From Candidatus Latescibacterota bacterium (lineage in GTDB: Bacteria > Latescibacterota > UBA2968): a stretch of 64,000 nt of DNA. Made by a program: the position numbers and the translations under genes. Below, piece after piece: positions 59,991 through 64,000 of the stretch. The notes below the pieces were generated by a model, which saw nothing but the letters and a program-made list of their open reading frames with translations, was not told the DNA's origin and made no database searches. The stretch lies in assembly GCA_965207885.1 (NCBI GenBank), contig OZ242311.1, forward strand, positions 2,080,001 to 2,144,000, read 5' to 3'. The first letter of the stretch is position 1. The number at the start of each line of letters is the position of its first letter.

Positions 59991-60890
59991 ATGGAATTTC
60001 GCATCCGCCTGCCCGGTTCCACTGCCAATCTCGGTCCCGGTTATGATGCACTGGGTATGGCGCTGTCCATTTACAATCAGGTCGCGGTAAAAATCCGTTC
60101 TCAACCGGGCGTGTCGTTTAGCATTGAGGGTGAAGGTACGGATATTTTGCCTGCCGATGAGGAGAATCTCCTCTATCGCGCCGCGCAATTCACCGCCCAA
60201 CGCGCGGGGAAAACACTGCCCGGGATCGATATCCACATGCACAACATTGTGCCCCTTGCCCGGGGATTGGGCAGCAGTTCAACGGCCATTGTTGGCGGTG
60301 TTGTTGCAGCCAATCACCTCTTATGCGAACCCTTTTCGCAGATGGAGATGCTCGATATTGCCACCGCTATTGAAGGCCATCCCGACAATGTCTCACCCTG
60401 CTTGCTCGGCGGCCTCACTGCTTCTACTATGGATGGCAACCGCGTTGCGTGCGTGCGCGCCCTGCCTCCGGAAGAATTGCGCGCCGTGGTCGCTATTCCC
60501 GAATTTGAACTCAAAACTCAAGACGCTCGCAATGTTTTGCCCAATACCATTTCCCACCGTGACGCTGTTTTCAGTACAAGCCGAGCCTGCATTGTTACGG
60601 CAGCGCTGATCACGGGAAATTTTGAGCATCTCGCCATCGGCATGCAAGACCGCTTGCATCATCCCTATCGGGCAAAACTCATTCCAGGCTTTGATCAGAT
60701 ACTCGCAGCAGCGGTCAAAGCAGGGGCATGGGGTGCTGCGCTTTCGGGTGCGGGACCGACCCTCGTCGCGCTTACTACCCAAAATGCCGACGCTATCGGA
60801 CAGGCTATGATTGATATTTGGGCGGCAAAAAACGTCCAGGCGCGTTATAGCATCCTCGAAATTGATCCATCGGGAGCCACCATCACATGA
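59991..60890 (+). CDS. thrB: Homoserine kinase
   Basis: ANLGPGYD, PLARGLGSSS, EGHPDN and SGAGPT motifs. Confidence 0.95.
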   Translation: MEFRIRLPGSTANLGPGYDALGMALSIYNQVAVKIRSQPGVSFSIEGEGTDILPADEENLLYRAAQFTAQRAGKTLPGIDIHMHNIVPLARGLGSSSTAIVGGVVAANHLLCEPFSQMEMLDIATAIEGHPDNVSPCLLGGLTASTMDGNRVACVRALPPEELRAVVAIPEFELKTQDARNVLPNTISHRDAVFSTSRACIVTAALITGNFEHLAIGMQDRLHHPYRAKLIPGFDQILAAAVKAGAWGAALSGAGPTLVALTTQNADAIGQAMIDIWAAKNVQARYSILEIDPSGATIT

Positions 60891-62611
60891 TTATCTCTAT
60901 GGCATATCCGGGACGTTATATGCGTCTTTTTTATATTGTGCTCGTGAGTTTGCTCATTTTTGACTTTGCGTTTTACCCTTTTGCTGCACACGCGCAATCT
61001 CGTCGCACTGCACGTCAAACCGAGGAAAAATCCGAACGACCATCTCCCAGGCCCTTTACCACGTCTGTTCCCGAAGAAACAGAAAAAGAAGTTACACCAC
61101 CGGTTGAAATCAAAAGCATTGGCAAAGCCGCCTATGACGCGGTTATTCGGTCAGGTCGCTATATTGTCGGACCGGGAGATGTTTTTGCCGTAGTTATAAA
61201 TAGAAATGAAGAAATCGAAACCTTTGAAGTGCCCGTCGGCGCGAGCGGCAGTTTGCTTTTTCCGTCTGTTGGACCTGTTTCCGTTGCGTTTTTATCGCTT
61301 ACAGAAGCCAACCAGGCTATCCAGACCGCTATAACTAAACGCTTTCATCAACTCGATATCTCCATCAGCCTCGCGCGCCTTCGCACATTTCCCATCAACG
61401 TAGTTGGCGAAGTACACATGCCAGGAGCCGTTGATGTTGAAGGTGTCGAACAGGCATCGCAACTCATCACCAAAGCCGGGGGCCTCATTGATGATTTTAA
61501 CCGCAAAGGCTCCAGCCGCAATATCCAGATCATGCGTCTCGATGAAAATGGACAATGGCACAATACGGAACGCAGGATAGATCTCGAGCTATGGAACCGC
61601 ACTGGTAAGGCACAGTACAATCCCTTCTTACTCGATGGAGAACAAATTGTGGTGCCCGTTGCTCGCAGTGATTCCATTTATATCACAGGTGCAGTACAAT
61701 ACCCGGGTAGCTATGAATTTGCGCCCGGCGATCGCGTGTCCGATCTCATTGTTTTGGGGAATGGTTTGCGTGCCCATTCCCCTCCAAAGCGCGCCCATCT
61801 TTTGCGCTTGTCGGATGATGGTGAGTGGAGACCCATAGACATCGATCTCTCCCGTGTGCTTGCAGGTGATCCCGAGGCGAATCTCACTTTGCAGGCGGGT
61901 GATAAACTCTATGTTATTGGCGAAACAAAGTGGGTCTATGTCGAAGGCGAGGTAAAATTCCCCGGTTCTTTTCCTTTTAAAGAGGGGCTTCGCCTCAAAG
62001 AATTATTACAGCAGGCCGAACTCACACCCGAAGCATCCGTGGTTCAGGCGTCTCTTATTCGCAAGGTCAATTTCGAAGAACAGACCATCGAAGATGATCC
62101 CGCGCTCAACCGATTACTCGGTATCCCCCGCTCACAGCGCACCGATGCCGAAGAAGCCCTCATTACCCTCAAAACCCAGCAGCTTTCCGGGCGTTTGCCC
62201 ATTGATTTTGTAGCGCTCATGGCTGGCGACGAGCAGCACAATATCCTCCTGCAAGATGGCGATGTCGTTCGCATTCCGCGATTTGTACCTTCTGTGCGCG
62301 TGACAGGTGCTGTGATCGCACCGGCGAATATTCCTTATGACGCGGCACTTACGGTTGGCGGTTATATTGACCTCGCTGGCGGTTTTAACACGCGTGCAAA
62401 AGAAAAAGATATTATCATTGTTGAGGGCAATACGGGCAATGCTATAAACGCCACATCAGAATCAATCGTGCGTCCCGGCGATGCGATTGTGGTTCCCACG
62501 CGAGCAACCGTGCCTGGGCAGGGCTATCGCATCACGCGAGAAGTCATTGCAATGCTCGGTTCTATTGCATCGCTGGTCTTCACCATCGTTTTGATCAACC
62601 GCGAACTCTGA
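60887..62611 (+). CDS. Polysaccharide export protein with multiple SLBB domains (Wza/KpsD-like)
   Basis: YIVGPGD poly_export motif and repeated V.GEV..PG / AGG SLBB units. Confidence 0.85.
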   Translation: MIISMAYPGRYMRLFYIVLVSLLIFDFAFYPFAAHAQSRRTARQTEEKSERPSPRPFTTSVPEETEKEVTPPVEIKSIGKAAYDAVIRSGRYIVGPGDVFAVVINRNEEIETFEVPVGASGSLLFPSVGPVSVAFLSLTEANQAIQTAITKRFHQLDISISLARLRTFPINVVGEVHMPGAVDVEGVEQASQLITKAGGLIDDFNRKGSSRNIQIMRLDENGQWHNTERRIDLELWNRTGKAQYNPFLLDGEQIVVPVARSDSIYITGAVQYPGSYEFAPGDRVSDLIVLGNGLRAHSPPKRAHLLRLSDDGEWRPIDIDLSRVLAGDPEANLTLQAGDKLYVIGETKWVYVEGEVKFPGSFPFKEGLRLKELLQQAELTPEASVVQASLIRKVNFEEQTIEDDPALNRLLGIPRSQRTDAEEALITLKTQQLSGRLPIDFVALMAGDEQHNILLQDGDVVRIPRFVPSVRVTGAVIAPANIPYDAALTVGGYIDLAGGFNTRAKEKDIIIVEGNTGNAINATSESIVRPGDAIVVPTRATVPGQGYRITREVIAMLGSIASLVFTIVLINREL

Positions 62612-62619
62612 CAATAAAT

Positions 62620-63801
62620 ATGGAATCTGAACGCAATATCCTCGATCACATTTATGTTCTCGTGCGCTGGCGACGCATGATTCTCACCTGCTTTTTTGCC
62701 GTCACGCTGGTGACAGCGGGCATTTCTCTGATCTTGCCCAAAGCCTATCGCGCGTATGCCAGCGTTTATCCCCCACAAGATACCGGCAGTGGCTTAGGGG
62801 GACTATCTAATCTGTTGCAAGAACTGCCCCTCAATTTGATGGGACTGGGCGGTGAGGTCATATCCGCCACAGAATTTGTTCCGGTCGTTGAAAGCGAAAG
62901 TGTGCGCCTATCTGTTGCAGAGCGCTTTGATCTCGCCAGGCTTTATGGTGCCAGCCATCAAAGCGAATTGCTCGATATGATATCCAATCGTCTGCAAGTC
63001 GATCTCTCTCGCGAGCAATTTCTTACGATTTCCTACGAAGCCGATACTCCAGAACTGGCGGCAGAATTGACCAATGCTTTTGTTGAAGAACTCGAAAACG
63101 CGCTTGAACGACGCAATCAAGACAAAACGCGTGCCTATCTGGCTTATCTCACGGAGCGGCTCAAAGAAGCCGAACAGGACATGCTCAAAGCCGAGCGGCG
63201 CTATCGGGATTTTCAGAACGAGCACATGGTATTAGACGTGGAAACCCAGGGCAAAACGCAGTTGGAAATATCTGCCACGCTCATCGGTTCGCTGGCAGAA
63301 CTGATTGTCAAGCGCGATTACCAATCAAAACTGATGACTGCAGACAATCCCGAACTGAAAAAGCTCGATATGGAAATCCAGACTACGCGCGAAGTGCTCG
63401 ACAATCTGCTTATGGGCCAATTCCCCGATAGTTTGCGCAGCAGCGATTCGGACGGACAATTGCCAGAAATTTTTAAGCCTTTCCGACAATTGCCTGAATT
63501 GGGCCTGACTGCGGTGGCATTCATCCGCGATGTTGAAATACAAAATGCCATCTATCAGTTTATCAAACAGGAATATGAAAAAACGCGATTTGAAGATGAA
63601 AAAGGTACACACACTGTCACAGTCCTGGATTATGCCCGGCCTCCTGATACGCGCAGCTATCCGCGCCGCAGTCTCATGGTTGCTGTTGCGGGGGGACTTA
63701 GTCTGATATTGAGTTGCTTGTTTGCCTTTGTATTTGAAGCTCTGAGAAATCTGACTCCGGAGAATCGAGCCAAACTCGATGCCATATCAGAGGAATTGTG
63801 A
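62620..63801 (+). CDS. Polysaccharide co-polymerase (Wzz/GumC-like, no kinase domain)
   Basis: Two terminal TM helices, coiled-coil periplasmic region, VLDYARPP...PRR motif. Confidence 0.85.
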   Translation: MESERNILDHIYVLVRWRRMILTCFFAVTLVTAGISLILPKAYRAYASVYPPQDTGSGLGGLSNLLQELPLNLMGLGGEVISATEFVPVVESESVRLSVAERFDLARLYGASHQSELLDMISNRLQVDLSREQFLTISYEADTPELAAELTNAFVEELENALERRNQDKTRAYLAYLTERLKEAEQDMLKAERRYRDFQNEHMVLDVETQGKTQLEISATLIGSLAELIVKRDYQSKLMTADNPELKKLDMEIQTTREVLDNLLMGQFPDSLRSSDSDGQLPEIFKPFRQLPELGLTAVAFIRDVEIQNAIYQFIKQEYEKTRFEDEKGTHTVTVLDYARPPDTRSYPRRSLMVAVAGGLSLILSCLFAFVFEALRNLTPENRAKLDAISEEL

Positions 63802-63818
63802 GTAAGCGAGGTATGTCC

Positions 63819-64000
63819 ATGTCTGAAAACCTGGATACAATTCTCACCACCACAGTTGGGTCTTATCCGCTGCCCGACTGGCTCGTGGCAGCACCGAGTG
63901 AAACCGCTGTTGTAGATGCCACGCGCGTTATCTTCGATACGCAGCGCCAGGCAGGGATTGATCTGCCTACCGATGGCGAACTCTACCGATTTGACATCAA
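63819..64000 (+). CDS. Cobalamin-independent methionine synthase II-family protein (3'-truncated by window edge)
   Basis: Manual translation MSENLDTILTTTVGSYPLPDWL...QRQAGIDLPTDGELYRFD shows TTVGSYP and TDGE motifs. Alternative start at 63813. Confidence 0.8.
   Translation, partial: MSENLDTILTTTVGSYPLPDWLVAAPSETAVVDATRVIFDTQRQAGIDLPTDGELYRFDI

Overview
This 64-kb window is a gene-dense stretch of bacterial chromosome from a diderm. PorV-like, GWxTD and peptidase-WD40-Omp85 proteins suggest the FCB group; a Latescibacterota/Gemmatimonadota-like lineage is an inference only. It holds about 56 CDS, and I recognised no rRNA, tRNA or CRISPR array. The housekeeping blocks are sucD/rpiA, era, yicC-gmk-rpoZ-coaBC-udg-dnaB-radA and lepA-lepB-hemW-thrB, followed by Wza/Wzz-like genes. 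Two insertion sequences are present. One is an intact IS4-family element with 17-bp inverted repeats and a 9-bp target duplication. The other is a TnpA-less IS200/IS605 element with a catalytically intact TnpB, an apparently leaderless promoter and a dense ~160-nt structured left arm. The best candidates for under-described systems are: (1) a ~1600-aa fusion of a degenerate M28 peptidase to a MacB/FtsX permease, co-transcribed with an OPT-like transporter and with no ATPase; (2) a radA-kptA-diadenylate cyclase linkage; (3) a coiled-coil lipoprotein with an active/inactive L,D-transpeptidase pair; (4) a Rieske-helical-repeat protein; (5) a dispersed 8-mer-repeat hairpin element that supplies gene stop codons. 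All functional calls come from motif recognition only; no searches were run.
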